Shown: positions 9,624 through 19,939, numbered from the stretch's first letter. The stretch is DNA of 64,000 nt from Candidatus Nanoarchaeia archaeon (GCA_028713045.1 JAQTOY010000001.1:1523-65522); one strand, 5' to 3'. Translations and numbers: made by a program. Notes: a model not told the origin generated them from the letters alone.

Positions 9624-11651
9624 ATGACTGATAAAAAAAAGAATACAGAAGAACTGATAATAGAAGCAAAATCCTTTTTTGAGGTTTATAAAAAAGAAAT
9701 AGGAGAAAGCAGAAGAAAAGGAAGAAGAGTGGTTTTTGTGAATTTTGATGATTTATCCTCTCATTCTCCTGTTTTAGCAGAAGCATTGATAAGCAGTCCT
9801 GAGGAGATAATGACAATTTTGGAGACTGCCTTGGAAGAGACTGGAATAGGATTGAAAAATACAAGAATTCGGTTTAACAATCTTCCAGAAACACAAAAAG
9901 TTAAAATTCGGACAATCAGGGCCCAGCATTTGAATCAGTTCATTTTTTTTGAAGGACTTGTGAGACAGGCATCTGATGTAAGGCCTCAAGTCATTAATGC
10001 AAAATTTGAATGTCCATCCTGCGGAACAGTTATTTCTGTTCTTCAGATTGAAAAGAAATTCAGGGAGCCAACTAGATGTTCATGCGGAAGGAAAGGACAG
10101 TTTAATCTGCTTAGCAAAACAATGGTTGATGCGCAAAGATTAGTTATAGAAGAATCTCCAGATGCTTTGATCGGAGGTGAACAGCCAAGAAGGATGAGTG
10201 TTTTTTTAAATGAGGATTTAGTTGAACCGGTTATGGAGGAAAAGACAACTCCTGGAAGCAAAGTCAGAATTTTGGGAATTCTTAAGGAAGTTCCTGTTCC
10301 TCTGCCTTCAGGTTCAATATCAACTAGATTTGATTTGGCTGTTGAGGCAAATAATCTTATTCCATTAGAATCAACCTATGAAGACCTTGAAATTTCAGAG
10401 GAGGATGAAAGACAGATTTTAGAGATTTCTCAAGATCCTGAGCTCTTCAAAAAATTAAGAGAAAGCATTGCTTCAAGCATATGGGGTTATGAAGAAATAA
10501 AAGAAGCCTTAGTATTGCAGATGTTTGGAGGAGTTAGAAAAATTTCTCCAGATGGAACTACTAGTAGGGGAGATATTCACTTATTTTTAATAGGTGATCC
10601 TGGAGTCGCTAAATCGGTTACGCTTAAATTTATTTCGTTGATTGCTCCGAGAGGAAGATACATAGTTGGAAAGGCTGCCACTGGGGCAGGAATCACTGCA
10701 ACAGTTGTGAAAGATGAATTCCTTAAGGGCTGGGCCTTGGAAGCAGGAGCAATGGTTTTAGCAAATAATGGAGTGGTCTGCATAGATGAGATTGAAAAAA
10801 TGGATGCTCAGGACAGGAGTGCGATGCACGAAGCTCTTGAACAGCAGACAGTAACAATCTCAAAGGCTAATGTTCAAGCATCTTTAAGTGCCAGAACCTC
10901 GGTTCTTGCAGCAGGAAATCCAAAATATGGAAGATTTGAACCAACACAATCAATAACTGAACAAATTGATCTTCCCCCCACTCTATTGAACAGGTTTGAC
11001 TTGATTTTTGTTTTAAGAGATTTGCCAAATAAAAATCAGGACAATGCAATAGCAACCCATGTTCTTAATATCCATCAAAGGAAGGATAAAAAACCTGAAA
11101 TTGAAAGAGAGTTGTTCAAAAAATATGTGGCTTATGCAAAACAGAAAATAGAACCGAAATTAACAGATGACGCTGTTGAAGAGATAAAAAATTTTTATGT
11201 AAAGCTTAGAAATCATCAAGCATCCGGAGATTCCCATTCAATTGCAATTTCAGCCAGGCAATTGCAGGGATTGGTGAGATTAGCAGAAGCCCATGCAAAG
11301 TCAAGATTATCTTTAACAGTTGAAAGGCAGGATGCACAAACCGCAATAAGATTAACTACTTATTATCTTATGCAGGTTGGTTATGACCCTGAAACAAAAA
11401 AATTTGACATTGACAGGTTTACTACAAGAATTTCTTCAAGTCAGAGAAATAAAATTCTCATGTTAAAAGAAACTCTTAAGAAAATGGAGGAAAGATTTGG
11501 AAAGCAGATTCCAATTGAGGATTTGAGAAAAGAGATTGGTGAAGAGATGACTGACCTGGAATTTGAAGAGGCGATTGAAAAATTAAAAGAAAAAGGTGAT
11601 TTATTCCAGCCCAAGCAGGGATTTCTTCAAGAAATTTCGGGAAGAGGTTAA
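9624..11651 (+). CDS. mcm: MCM replicative helicase
   Basis: Zn motif CPSCG...CSCG; Walker A GDPGVAKS; Walker B/arginine-finger region; 675 aa. Confidence 0.95.
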   Translation: MTDKKKNTEELIIEAKSFFEVYKKEIGESRRKGRRVVFVNFDDLSSHSPVLAEALISSPEEIMTILETALEETGIGLKNTRIRFNNLPETQKVKIRTIRAQHLNQFIFFEGLVRQASDVRPQVINAKFECPSCGTVISVLQIEKKFREPTRCSCGRKGQFNLLSKTMVDAQRLVIEESPDALIGGEQPRRMSVFLNEDLVEPVMEEKTTPGSKVRILGILKEVPVPLPSGSISTRFDLAVEANNLIPLESTYEDLEISEEDERQILEISQDPELFKKLRESIASSIWGYEEIKEALVLQMFGGVRKISPDGTTSRGDIHLFLIGDPGVAKSVTLKFISLIAPRGRYIVGKAATGAGITATVVKDEFLKGWALEAGAMVLANNGVVCIDEIEKMDAQDRSAMHEALEQQTVTISKANVQASLSARTSVLAAGNPKYGRFEPTQSITEQIDLPPTLLNRFDLIFVLRDLPNKNQDNAIATHVLNIHQRKDKKPEIERELFKKYVAYAKQKIEPKLTDDAVEEIKNFYVKLRNHQASGDSHSIAISARQLQGLVRLAEAHAKSRLSLTVERQDAQTAIRLTTYYLMQVGYDPETKKFDIDRFTTRISSSQRNKILMLKETLKKMEERFGKQIPIEDLRKEIGEEMTDLEFEEAIEKLKEKGDLFQPKQGFLQEISGRG

Positions 11652-12023
11652 TTATTTTTTAAATGCTCCAATAATTCCAGTTATTATTATTCCTTCAAGG
11701 ATTCCCATCCATAAATAAATATCTGCGAAGAAAGAATAATTAAAGTTCATAAATAATGGAATTGTTATTATTGCATCTAAAATAACTCCAATTATTGCAA
11801 AAATTATTCCTACTAATAAGCCTTTTGCGAATCCTCCCTTGACTTTTCCTCTAAAATAAACAAAAGCAACAATTAATGCAAGTATCCCTGTTAAAATGTA
11901 ATGGAGAATATAATAATTAACACTCGAAGCGCTTAATTTAAATCCAAACATTAAAATACTTACTTCAAAAAATATTAACACCCATAATAATGCACCGCAT
12001 AATATTGCTCTTTTCCAATTCAT
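11652..12023 (-). CDS. small integral membrane protein
   Basis: 123 aa with 4 predicted TM helices. Confidence 0.4.
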   Translation of the reverse strand: MNWKRAILCGALLWVLIFFEVSILMFGFKLSASSVNYYILHYILTGILALIVAFVYFRGKVKGGFAKGLLVGIIFAIIGVILDAIITIPLFMNFNYSFFADIYLWMGILEGIIITGIIGAFKK

Positions 12024-12078
12024 TTGATAATAAGCTGAAAGAAGTATTTAAAGATTGTTAGAACCTAAACAATTTGTT

Positions 12079-13548
12079 TTATTTTTCTTCAGATTTCCTA
12101 GCATATTTTTCTTTCCATATTGGAAGGCTTTTGTCTGAAAGTTCTTTATCAAATTTTTTTAAGACTTTCTCATAATCTTTTGAAGTTAAAGCATATTTTG
12201 CAAATTTGTCTTCAGGTTTTGTTTTTTTAGTAACTATATTCTTTTTAAAATTAATAAAATGATCTCTAATGGCGCAAGGCATAAGCCAGTTGTCAGGATC
12301 ATGTTTTAAAAATCCATAATCCTTCTGCCATTTTCTTCCATTCACAAATAATTCTGAAAACAAACTATCTGTCAATTTTTTCCCTTCATTATATAACTGT
12401 ATTATATTATCTTCAAAAAATGGAACAAAGGTGCAGGGAGTTATATTGCCATTCCAATCAATGTACAAATATCCAGATCTTCTTCCAAAGGCAATACAGC
12501 CATCTGTCAGAACTCCAGAATTCCAAAAGTCGGCAATGCAATATTTTTTTTCTTCTAATAAATGTACCCATTTATTATAAAGTTCAATTCTTTGTTCAGG
12601 ATTTATCATGCAGTTTCTCATATCACATGCTTGCCCTATAGGCATTAGCTGAAACATCCACATATAGACCGCTCCTAGCTCATTAAAAACAAAATCGTAA
12701 AATTTATCATCCTTTAAAATATCAAAATTCTTTGAAGTTGCAGTTACTGAAATTCCAAATGGTACTCCTGCTTTTTTAAGATTCTTCACTGAATTTAGCA
12801 TTTTTTCATAAACACCTTTACCCCTTCTTTCATCAGTTTCTTTTTCATAACCCTCAATTGAAATAGCTGGAGTTACATTGCCAAGTTTTGCTAATTTTTT
12901 TGCAACTTCTTCTGTTATTAAAGTTCCATTTGTATAGAACAAAAAGAACATGTCATTATATTTCTCCCATAAATCAAATAAAGTTTTTCCATTGCTGTTG
13001 TACATTAATGGTTCCCCTCCAGTGATTGTCATAAATCTTGAGCCCCATTCATCATGTATCTCACCAGCGATTTTGTCAATAATGTCATAGGGCAGAGTTG
13101 GAGCATTATACTTTGAAGAAGCATAACATCCCTTACAGGTTAAATTACATTTTTGAGTAGGTCCCAAAACAATAAACGCAGGAGGCATGTCTCCATATTT
13201 TTTTTTGAACTCATTGCATGTGGACATTAATTCTTCCGAATGAATAAGATTTTTTCCTAGAGTCTTGAAAGCTTTTTTAGCTACCTCAGGAGAAATAAAT
13301 CCTTTTTTTAAAGTTCTGTCAACAGAATCCAATAGGGAATTTATAAATCGATATTTTTTAATTTGGACTTCTCTAGGCGATCCAAATGGATTTTTCAGTA
13401 CTAAGTACTCATAAAAACTCTTTTTAACTTTATCAAAAAATAATTTTCTTAAAAGAGGATAATTAAGACAGGTAGTTATTATTTTAAATCCTGCTTCTTC
13501 TTTTAAGTTCTTTTTATTTTCTTTGTTAAGCAAAATTTCTGATTGCAT
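12079..13548 (-). CDS. radical SAM enzyme with SPASM/twitch-like C-terminal Cys cluster and ~125-aa N-terminal extension
   Basis: CNLTCKGCYAS (CxxxCxxC) with GGEPL downstream; C-terminal Cys-rich segment CIAFGRR...TPCTFVPF...MPCAIRDHF. Confidence 0.8.
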   Translation of the reverse strand: MQSEILLNKENKKNLKEEAGFKIITTCLNYPLLRKLFFDKVKKSFYEYLVLKNPFGSPREVQIKKYRFINSLLDSVDRTLKKGFISPEVAKKAFKTLGKNLIHSEELMSTCNEFKKKYGDMPPAFIVLGPTQKCNLTCKGCYASSKYNAPTLPYDIIDKIAGEIHDEWGSRFMTITGGEPLMYNSNGKTLFDLWEKYNDMFFLFYTNGTLITEEVAKKLAKLGNVTPAISIEGYEKETDERRGKGVYEKMLNSVKNLKKAGVPFGISVTATSKNFDILKDDKFYDFVFNELGAVYMWMFQLMPIGQACDMRNCMINPEQRIELYNKWVHLLEEKKYCIADFWNSGVLTDGCIAFGRRSGYLYIDWNGNITPCTFVPFFEDNIIQLYNEGKKLTDSLFSELFVNGRKWQKDYGFLKHDPDNWLMPCAIRDHFINFKKNIVTKKTKPEDKFAKYALTSKDYEKVLKKFDKELSDKSLPIWKEKYARKSEEK

Positions 13549-13813
13549 CTTACTATTTATAAATAAAATCCTTTTTTAAAGGTTTTTGATTAAACAGTAT
13601 ATACTTTCAATCGAACCCTTCCTGATATCATTAATATCAAAAATTTCTTGAGGTATCTGTTGCCTAAAGACCGAATTTTTAGCTATCTAAACATTTAAAA
13701 CCTTAAAATTATTTTTTTAAATAATTTTAGTGATAGAAAATATAGTATATTTTCTGTAACTACAAAATTTTTAAACCCTGTTAAGTTTTGTAGGATATAA
13801 AAGAGGTAAAAAA

Positions 13814-14449
13814 ATGCCGGAACAGAAAAAGAGAGAAACTGCCCATAAATTGAGAATCCTTGATTTATTGAAAGCGAATCAGATTTTTGAAGAGAATGAA
13901 AATCTTGATAAAAGATTGAAGCATGTTGAATTGGGAAATCGAAAGATAATTCGTGTAAACATAATCGCGAATGTAATTGACAAATATCAAAGTGAAGGGG
14001 AAAAAAGATTTGCAACAATAACCCTTGATGATGGAAGCGGGCAGATAAGGGCAAGGGTTTTTGCAGATGATGTTTTGCTTTTCTCTGATTTAGTTCAGGG
14101 GGATACTATTTTGGTTATAGGGTTTGTAAGATTTTTTAATCAGGAATTGTATATACTTCCAGAATTAATAAAAAAACAAAATCCAAAATATCTCTTGATA
14201 AGAAAATTAGAGATAGAAAAATCTTTTCAGCCAATACTTACAGATACCAAGAAAAAAGAAATTAGAGCATTGAGGGACGAATTAATAATAATGATAAAAG
14301 AAGCAGAGGCAAAAGAAGGCATTGATAAAGAAGAGATAATAACCAAACTAAAATCTCCCCCTCAATTAATAACCCAGGAAATCCAGAAACTTCTTGAGGA
14401 TGGAGTGATTTATGAGCCAAAACCTGGAAGAGTCAGGTATTTAGGGTGA
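13814..14449 (+). CDS. OB-fold nucleic-acid-binding protein (RPA/SSB-like)
   Basis: ANVIDKYQSEGEKRFATITLDDGSGQIRARVFADD is typical of tRNA_anti/RPA OB folds; 211 aa. Confidence 0.5.
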   Translation: MPEQKKRETAHKLRILDLLKANQIFEENENLDKRLKHVELGNRKIIRVNIIANVIDKYQSEGEKRFATITLDDGSGQIRARVFADDVLLFSDLVQGDTILVIGFVRFFNQELYILPELIKKQNPKYLLIRKLEIEKSFQPILTDTKKKEIRALRDELIIMIKEAEAKEGIDKEEIITKLKSPPQLITQEIQKLLEDGVIYEPKPGRVRYLG

Positions 14450-14639
14450 AAAAGATTAGGTAATTGATCCATTTTTGTACAAAATGAAAATTCATAAATC
14501 ACTTTAACTACCTCTTTACTTATTATAAACACCAAAACAATTACTTGTAATTGTTGAACTAATTTATAACCTTAATAATTTTAAGGGTTATGGGACAATT
14601 AAGCAAAAAAGTTGGTGTAGATTTACACTATCTCCAAAT

Positions 14640-15860
14640 TCAAAATAATTTCATTTGACCTTTTCCAAATTTTTTTCCTGAACCATAAGCTCTTACTTTT
14701 ACTCCTTCAAGTTTTACTAATTCATCTCTTGGAAAAGTTATTCTTGCATCTTCAATTGTACATTTATCACAATATTCTGTCTTTCCTATTCCTCCGCAAA
14801 ATCCAATTCCTTGTTCCATTAATCTTTGAAAATCCGGATGCAAATATTTTGGAATATAATGGGCCCCATATTTTTGGTAAAGAAGTCTTTCAGTTCCATC
14901 CTCACATAATGCTCCAGGACTCTGAAAATGATCCATTACTCTGCAACCTTGTGAAGCTCTTTGAATAGCGTACCAACCCATAGCATACAAGCGGTCTGCT
15001 GCATCGGGTTTATATGCTCTTAATGGAAGAATCCTAATGGGTATTCCAGTTTTTTTACGGGAATTTAATGCTTGATCTAATGCAGATCCATGCTCTAAAT
15101 TTGATTCTATAGATTGAGCAACATCGCAAGTGACTGTCAAACAAGTATTGATTCCCTTTTTGTAAAATCGTTCTGCTTGGTTAATTCTCCATTGATTAGA
15201 AAACCCTTGAGAAACCGCTCCAGGTTCTGCATGATTATATCCGATACTGTATGAAAGAAGCCCAATAACCGGTTGAACATTTTCTGCAAGATCTTTTCCA
15301 GAAGGTATTTTCATTTGTTCCGCTAGATTTCCTACTGCAGGATTATTATCTCTAGCGAATCTTGCAGTTTCTTTTGCGCCTTCTATTCCAAAAGGCAACA
15401 TTTTTGTTGTTATAATAACTCTTGAAGAAAATTCTTTACAAAGACCAAGAAAATCCATTAAAGTTCCATAATAATAGGGATGTCCGGGATCTGTTGAAAC
15501 TCCTATTCTTATTATTGCAGGATAACCGTTGTCTGCAAAACTTTTCCTTGTTTTTTTATTTACTACCTTTGGTCGGGTATTGCCTTCAACAGTAGTTGCA
15601 TAACAATAAATGCATTTTTGTCCTAATAATCCCTGATTCGCATATTTTTTTAGGTTCCCTTCAGCGTAATAACCGTTATTCCTAACCACTTCCTCTAGCA
15701 TTTCCACTGGGACCTGGGAAATGCAACCTCTTGCAAAATCAGTCGAATACCATATTAAACATACTTCTTCAACTGTCCCATTGTCTAATTGCCTTTGGAC
15801 GGTTCTTGCTTTTCCTCCATATCTTATTATAACAGATTCAATTCTTTTTTTCATTGTCAA
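14640..15860 (-). CDS. hypothetical Cys-rich protein, compositionally foreign (possible degenerate radical-SAM/SplB-like)
   Basis: 406 aa, Q/R/G/A-rich unlike the host; QKCIYCYA resembles the CxYCY end of a radical SAM motif but lacks the first Cys; further Cys pairs (CLTVTC, FCGG...CDKC). Confidence 0.45.
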   Translation of the reverse strand: MTMKKRIESVIIRYGGKARTVQRQLDNGTVEEVCLIWYSTDFARGCISQVPVEMLEEVVRNNGYYAEGNLKKYANQGLLGQKCIYCYATTVEGNTRPKVVNKKTRKSFADNGYPAIIRIGVSTDPGHPYYYGTLMDFLGLCKEFSSRVIITTKMLPFGIEGAKETARFARDNNPAVGNLAEQMKIPSGKDLAENVQPVIGLLSYSIGYNHAEPGAVSQGFSNQWRINQAERFYKKGINTCLTVTCDVAQSIESNLEHGSALDQALNSRKKTGIPIRILPLRAYKPDAADRLYAMGWYAIQRASQGCRVMDHFQSPGALCEDGTERLLYQKYGAHYIPKYLHPDFQRLMEQGIGFCGGIGKTEYCDKCTIEDARITFPRDELVKLEGVKVRAYGSGKKFGKGQMKLF

Positions 15861-15947
15861 ATTAAATTGTGATTATTTTTTAGATTTAAAAAGAAATAGT
15901 TGTTTGATTATCATATTCTTTATATAACTTAATTTAATTCCTGAAGT

Positions 15948-16904
15948 ATGACTGCTGATAGAAAAAAATTTCAAGTGCTGATTAATGAAAAAAAAGCAAT
16001 AGAACTTTCACAAAGATTATTTCAGATGATGGATGAAAGAGTTCCGCCTTATGATAGAGAGGGAGTTTTTCCCGATGCTATTGTTCCAGAAGGCATGGAA
16101 ATCGGAGGTTTAGAGCATAGACTTTTTTTATTTTATTCAGGATCAATTGATGGAAGAACTTCTTCGCCGCAGGTTTATCAAGAATTAAGAGATTTAAGTG
16201 CCAACGCGGTTAATGGAATTCAATTGTTATTAAAAATTGTAGATCCTGAAACGATTAAATTAAAATTATATGGCCCTCTAGAAAGTTATTTATTACAATA
16301 TCTTCCAAAAACACTGGGGGCTTCGGAAGAAAGTGAAAGAATAGCTGAAGTTGCAGACAATATAAAATTTAATTCACGATTATTGCTCGAAAGATATTCT
16401 GGTGATCCTAAAAATATTCTTGTTCCAGATTCTGTTGAGGAGACTCATTTAAGATTATGCAGGTTTAAAGGAATAGGCAGACATAAAGGCGCATTGATTA
16501 TGAAAAACTATGTAAAATTTGGAGTCTGGCCTTTTAATGAATATGAAATTCCAATGAAAGTTGATAGGCATACTTTCAGAATACTCTATGGGACTGGAGT
16601 AATGGAAATCACTAGAGATGGAGAACCTCTTGAAGATGGTGAACAAATTTCAACAAAATTCTCTTTTGGTCCTGTGCAAGATCAATTACGAGGAATTACT
16701 TCTAGAAATAGAATTTCTGCAATAAAATTTAATGATGGTTTATGGAGTCTTGGTTCAAGATCATGCAGAAGAAATGATTATGTTTTTTGCCAGGTTAATT
16801 GTTATGTTGGCTGTTATTCAAGACCAAATACTCCTGAAAGTGTTAGTTATTTAATTGTAGGTTCTGATACAAGAAAGAATAGAATGCAAGGGGTTTTATT
16901 TTAA
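15948..16904 (+). CDS. HhH-GPD superfamily DNA glycosylase-like protein with C-terminal Fe-S cluster loop
   Basis: HhH-like LCRFKGIGRHKGALIM followed by VDRHTFRI (compare EndoIII VDTHVFRV); C-terminal C-x7-C-x3-C-x3-C; foreign composition. Confidence 0.5.
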   Translation: MTADRKKFQVLINEKKAIELSQRLFQMMDERVPPYDREGVFPDAIVPEGMEIGGLEHRLFLFYSGSIDGRTSSPQVYQELRDLSANAVNGIQLLLKIVDPETIKLKLYGPLESYLLQYLPKTLGASEESERIAEVADNIKFNSRLLLERYSGDPKNILVPDSVEETHLRLCRFKGIGRHKGALIMKNYVKFGVWPFNEYEIPMKVDRHTFRILYGTGVMEITRDGEPLEDGEQISTKFSFGPVQDQLRGITSRNRISAIKFNDGLWSLGSRSCRRNDYVFCQVNCYVGCYSRPNTPESVSYLIVGSDTRKNRMQGVLF

Positions 16905-16910
16905 GTCTAT

Positions 16911-16998
16911 AGTGAAAGTCATAAATATTTTACGTACTCTTATGACTTTCACTTGATAGCAAAGGCGCAACTCAGGAATTATCAGCGTCCTTTGCTAT
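16911..16998. terminator. two consecutive perfect hairpins (13-bp and 10-bp stems) between convergent genes
   Basis: agtgaaagtcata/tatgactttcact at 16911-16953 and atagcaaagg/cctttgctat at 16956-16998. Confidence 0.5.
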
Positions 16999-17001
16999 AT
17001 T

Positions 17002-18087
17002 TTAAAACTCGGGTTGTTCGAAGGTTGCAGGATCAAAGGAAGTATCTTCTAGTTCTCCCAATCCTAATTTTGTTTGGAACAACCAGTCGTGAGCTAAGTT
17101 AAGATTATTTAAAAATTTCCTTTGTCCTTCTTCGGTCATTTCTACTTTTGTTATATCAAATCCTTTTACTGGGAAATTTCTATAAATCCCCATTGGTCTA
17201 CAAATTAAACTAGGTGGCCTGAATCTTTTAATTGTTAAATGTTCTAGTCCTAGAAATCTATATAATTCAGGATCGTAATCTTCTCCTAAGAGTTCTTCAA
17301 TTGTTCCTACTGGTTTAACTAACCTACTTCCATTTGTACGTCCACCATTTAAAAGGGTGTTTAATCGAGTTGAAATCTGAAATTCGTAGGCAGAGTCATA
17401 TCCGCATAATGAGGATTCCTGATCAAACTTTTTTTCTAGTCTAAGCAAGTGACTCCTTAGTAATCCGAATAGCAGGTTTATAGGGATTATCACTTCTGTC
17501 CTCACGTCTTGAGTTAGATTTTTTGTCAGACAACTATTATCACAATGATGTTTTCTTCCATTACGGCTTTTCCCATTTCGGTCACAGTGGTAACTGTCAT
17601 AATCTCTTCTTCTTTGTCCATAGGTGAATAATAAATAATTAACTCCTGGAGTCCAATCTCCAAATTCTATTCTTTCTAATAGTAATTGTGTGTGTCTTTT
17701 TAATTGTCTTAAGGGAATCCAATATTTACTTGATTTTGTTAAGCTAGCTTTACATTCTAAGTATACTACTCCTTGTTCATAAACTCTTACTGAATCTGGA
17801 TTAGAAGTAAAGCCATTAGTTTCTTCCCTAAGGTAATCTTTTGGGTTTAGATTAGGTAATTCTTTTCCTTGATAGTCCGGAGGAGAATATGTACAATCTC
17901 CTAAGGCAGTAAAGAAATTTGATAAGTTATCTTTTTTGGCTTTTGCTAAAGCTTCCTGTTAAGATCCTAACTGAAAGTTCGTCTTGGGTTTGTCTGGTAA
18001 CCTATTATATAATGGTCTAAATACTACAGAATCTTCAGATATTTGATTTAAACCTGGAATATTTCTTTGACATGTTCCTCTTTTCAT
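17002..18087 (-). pseudogene. disrupted gene: PD-(D/E)xK-like plus Cys/His-cluster nuclease-like protein with in-frame TAA
   Basis: A continuous minus-strand reading frame runs from ATG 18087 to the stop at 17002, with a single in-frame TAA at 17959-17961. There is a PD...ECK motif (NPDSVRVYEQGVVYLECK) and HCDRNG...HHCDNSC. The ORF track shows only the distal 167 aa. Confidence 0.45.
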
Positions 18088-18195
18088 GAATCAATTATAA
18101 TTCTTGTTCTTAAAAAGAAATCGGATTCTGTAAAATATATTATGAAGATTTATTAAAAAGGGTTTGTCTTTCAAAATTATTAAAGATTATTCTTT

Positions 18196-18882
18196 TTAAG
18201 CTATTTTTCTTTTTAATCTTTCAATTGATCTGGTTCTTGCCCTTTCTATTTCAGCTTTTATTTCAGAACCAAACTCGGTTATTTCTCCAGGAGCTATAAC
18301 TACAATGTCTAGTCCTCCTGTGTACAAATCTTGGGAAGCTTTATCTAAGCTTGATTGTGCAAGATCAACAGCTTCTTCTAAACCTAGGTAATGAGGTATT
18401 AATTTTCCTTGTTTTGAAATATGTTCTAAAGCAAATTGTGAGCCAGAACCTATCGAAGTCCAATTTCTTTCTTCTACTTTTCCAAGGGGAAAACATGTGT
18501 ACAATTTAGGTCTGTTGTCAAAACGGGTTGCAACTAACAAACCATTGTATAATTCATTTTCAGGAACTTTTCCTCCCCATCTGCTTAAGGTTAAATTAGC
18601 TAATTCTGGAAAAAATTCTTTTTCAACGGCCTTTTGAAAATCAATCTGTCCTTTCAAAATTCCTGACAAGAAATCAATATAAGGTTGGTCATAGATTCCT
18701 GACATGCAAACCGCCAACTGTCTAGAATCATCTACATAAATTTTTTGTCCTTCAAGTTTTGTTTGTTGTCTATAAGCAACATCTCCTTGAGGACTCCAAA
18801 CTGTTTTTGTTTGACTTAAATCTGAGGCAAGAACAACTCCTTCCTTTACTTGTCCTGCCCTTATACCCACTAAAGTTGTCAT
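18196..18882 (-). CDS. psmB: proteasome beta subunit-like (Ntn hydrolase)
   Basis: N-terminus MTTLVGIRAGQVKEGVVLASD matches the proteasome beta TTTVGI..DGVVLAAD; 228 aa; composition is GC-richer than neighbours. Confidence 0.6.
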   Translation of the reverse strand: MTTLVGIRAGQVKEGVVLASDLSQTKTVWSPQGDVAYRQQTKLEGQKIYVDDSRQLAVCMSGIYDQPYIDFLSGILKGQIDFQKAVEKEFFPELANLTLSRWGGKVPENELYNGLLVATRFDNRPKLYTCFPLGKVEERNWTSIGSGSQFALEHISKQGKLIPHYLGLEEAVDLAQSSLDKASQDLYTGGLDIVVIAPGEITEFGSEIKAEIERARTRSIERLKRKIA

Positions 18883-18942
18883 GCATTTAGTTAAAATGAT
18901 TCATTTATAAATCTTTTTAAACCTCCTTTATCTTCTTTATTC

Positions 18943-19353
18943 ATGGAAACTTACGAACAGCTATTAAATCAAGCGCATGAAAAAATAAAACCTATCTCGC
19001 ATAGCGGAGAAAGGTTTGAAATACCTAAAATAGAGGGGCATTTGGAGGGAACCAAAACCGTCCTTAGCAATCTTCCGCAGATTGCTTCTTATTTGAGAAG
19101 GCCTGTTGATCATTTCTTTAAATTTTTACTAAAAGAGCTTGCAACACCCGGAACTTTCAAAAATAGCTTAGTGGTTCTTCAAAGAAAGATATCCTCACAA
19201 AAGATTAATGAAAAAATAGAGGAATATGCAAAAGAGTTTGTAATCTGCAAACAATGCGGAAAACCAGATACAGAAATAATCAAAGACAAGGGGTTTACTT
19301 TTATGCATTGTTTAGCATGCGGTGCGAAAAATTCAATCAGGGCTAAAGTATAG
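18943..19353 (+). CDS. eif2b: translation initiation factor 2 beta subunit (aIF2-beta)
   Basis: C-terminal zinc ribbon CKQCGKPDT...CLACGA; eIF2-beta/eIF5 core. Confidence 0.85.
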   Translation: METYEQLLNQAHEKIKPISHSGERFEIPKIEGHLEGTKTVLSNLPQIASYLRRPVDHFFKFLLKELATPGTFKNSLVVLQRKISSQKINEKIEEYAKEFVICKQCGKPDTEIIKDKGFTFMHCLACGAKNSIRAKV

Positions 19354-19360
19354 ATTAAAA

Positions 19361-19753
19361 TTATAATCTAACCATCTCATGTAATTTGTAACCTAACCAT
19401 TTCAGATTTAAAGCTTCTTCTTTTTCTGTTTCTTGCCCTTTAAAGACATCCCTATAAAAATCTGGGGAATTTAAAGTCTCTTCTGCTTGAAGTACATAAG
19501 CACGTGGATCTCTTCTATCGCATAACTCATGTTCTACTCTAAAATTCATTTCACTTATATGAACAACTGAGCATAAATCGACTTTTCCAGTACATGCAAG
19601 AAATTTATTTATGATATGGTTAGCTCTCTCTAGATCTCCGCTGTCTTCAGCTTCCATAGCTTTGCTTATTTCTCTATAACCATCTGCACATTTTAATGCA
19701 ACAGGTTTTACTTCTCTATCCCAAAAATCTTCGATTTCTTTAAGTGTTGCCAT
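19361..19753 (-). CDS. hypothetical protein
   Basis: 130-aa ORF, no recognisable domain. Confidence 0.35.
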   Translation of the reverse strand: MATLKEIEDFWDREVKPVALKCADGYREISKAMEAEDSGDLERANHIINKFLACTGKVDLCSVVHISEMNFRVEHELCDRRDPRAYVLQAEETLNSPDFYRDVFKGQETEKEEALNLKWLGYKLHEMVRL

Positions 19754-19939
19754 TTTTAATATTTTTTAAAAATTTTATTGTTTAGCGCAATAACTAACCC
19801 TTTAAAAACCTTTTGAATTTTTTTTTAACTAACATAAAGCTTTATAAAACAGGATTTCATAATGAAATTAATTCATAAAAATGAAAAATTGGATAATAAG
19901 TTCAATTGCGTTATAATCTAATAGAAAGGAGGCTTAAAA

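Noticed and set aside
8530-9864. ORFs 8530-8829, 9266-9448 and 9544-9864
   Set aside because: They are antisense to the ABC transporter genes, or low-complexity and lying in the mcm promoter region; no coding signal
17959-17961. In-frame TAA as programmed recoding (Sec/Pyl or readthrough)
   Set aside because: TAA is not a Sec/Pyl codon and there is no SECIS-like context; pseudogenisation or sequencing error is more parsimonious
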